This document shows, in pieces, positions 36,769 through 37,626 of a stretch of DNA of 37,626 nt. Source of the DNA: an uncultured Bifidobacterium sp. Its GTDB lineage: Bacteria; Actinomycetota; Actinomycetes; S36-B12; UBA5976. Position 1 is the stretch's first letter; every line of letters begins with the position of its first letter. Both the position numbers and the translations under genes were made by a program. The stretch spans positions 1 to 37,626 of the forward strand of contig CAZXCT010000004.1 in the NCBI GenBank assembly GCA_964639395.1. The letters are read 5' to 3'. Below the pieces are notes generated by a model. That model saw nothing but the letters and a program-made list of their open reading frames with translations, was not told the DNA's origin and made no database searches.

Positions 36769-37626
36769 TTAGGGCTCAAAAGTCACGGCATATGACTGTG
36801 GCACAAATAGCACCCAAGTTTGACCCGGCGCGAATGCCATTGGAACGCCCGCCAGTGAGTAGGTAGTTCCACTGGTTGGTGTTGGCCGAGACCAGCTCGC
36901 TTCAAAGCGTTGGCCATCTCTCAGCACTACGGCTGAGCCAGTACCTACAGTTTGGATTAACGGGGTGAAGTTACCGCCGCTGTCTTTATAAATACTGTCG
37001 CCCTGCTGTACATACTGGATCACGATGTTGTTAGCAAAAATCGGTGCATTGGTATTTGCATCTAAGGCAGGTGCGCTATCTAATGAAACCACCCAACCGT
37101 TGTTTACTGAATCCCATTCTGCGCCCACGCGTGAGGCAGGCCACTTTGCGTTGAATGTATTAGTGGCTATTCCTCCGGTTGCGGCAGTCGCGTCAAAAAC
37201 TAAGCCAATATCTTTTGGTGTGCTTGCTCCAACCAAAGTTGGTGCAAGTTGCGCAAGATTTATAGTTAAGTTATGCGGGGCACTTTTTGTCGCTTCGCGG
37301 TTGTAAACACCACCGCTGGATCCGTGCGCAACTTCGACAATATTAGCGGCGGCAATTTCGGGCAGTAATTTTTTCTGTGCACCGCTGTAAGCGAAGGCCG
37401 GAGTTCCAAACTGTTCCATAATTTCAAGGTCAGAGATTCTTGCGCTTCTGACTGGGCCAACCCGCTGCGGCAAATTGCTGCTGTAAACCGCTGCGATGCG
37501 CGTTAGTCCTGCTTCAACTTCTTCTACAAAAACTAAGTCAGCTTCGGCGAGACCCCATTGCGGGCGGGCGGGATTTACGTTATCCACTTTTACAACGATC
37601 ACCGGATTGTCTAAACCACCAGATTT
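36769..37626 (-). CDS. DUF3048 domain protein; N-terminus lies beyond the window end
   Basis: 'VVKVDNVNPARPQWGLAEADLVFVEEVEAGLTRIAAVY' is the DUF3048 core. The frame stays open from 37602 to the last base (…KSGGLDNPVIVVK). Confidence 0.75.
   Translation of the reverse strand, partial: KSGGLDNPVIVVKVDNVNPARPQWGLAEADLVFVEEVEAGLTRIAAVYSSNLPQRVGPVRSARISDLEIMEQFGTPAFAYSGAQKKLLPEIAAANIVEVAHGSSGGVYNREATKSAPHNLTINLAQLAPTLVGASTPKDIGLVFDATAATGGIATNTFNAKWPASRVGAEWDSVNNGWVVSLDSAPALDANTNAPIFANNIVIQYVQQGDSIYKDSGGNFTPLIQTVGTGSAVVLRDGQRFEASWSRPTPTSGTTYSLAGVPMAFAPGQTWVLFVPQSYAVTFEP

Overview
This window comes from a very compact, AT-leaning Actinomycetota chromosome. The markers are WhiB, MtrA-MtrB-LpqB, SepH/DUF3071, DUF3499, DUF4193 and an Rv3235-family protein. 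The right half (secA, hpf, comF, lpqB, mtrB, mtrA, ahcY, manA, pmm, DUF3499, whiB, manC-like) follows the gene order of the M. tuberculosis Rv3240c-Rv3264c block. AT-rich codon usage and pervasive gene overlaps suggest a streamlined planktonic actinobacterial lineage, but I cannot assign a genus from sequence alone. I call about 40 CDS, with the first and last cut by the window edges. I saw no rRNA, tRNA, CRISPR array, IS element, integrase or prophage genes. Most of the window is ordinary core metabolism and cell-envelope housekeeping. The best candidate for something not yet described is an AT-rich, translationally coupled three-gene operon at 17466-19798. It encodes an unknown protein with an internal duplication, a SAF/CpaB-like protein, and a TadZ/CpaE-like ParA ATPase with a degenerate P-loop. 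No Tad secretion core accompanies it, and a perfect palindrome overlaps its likely promoter. Other points worth a second look:
- a ParC/GyrA-type subunit that lacks the whole C-terminal DNA-wrapping domain;
- a short-form HPF in a phylum where long HPF is usual;
- a 302-bp ORF-free spacer upstream of hpf, closed by a 14-bp helix that only works on the transcribed strand;
- a perfect 22-bp palindrome in the whiB leader;
- a membrane-protein/CPBP-protease pair in the slot that tmk occupies in mycobacteria.

All family assignments come from motif recognition by eye, with no database search, and need HMM or BLAST confirmation.
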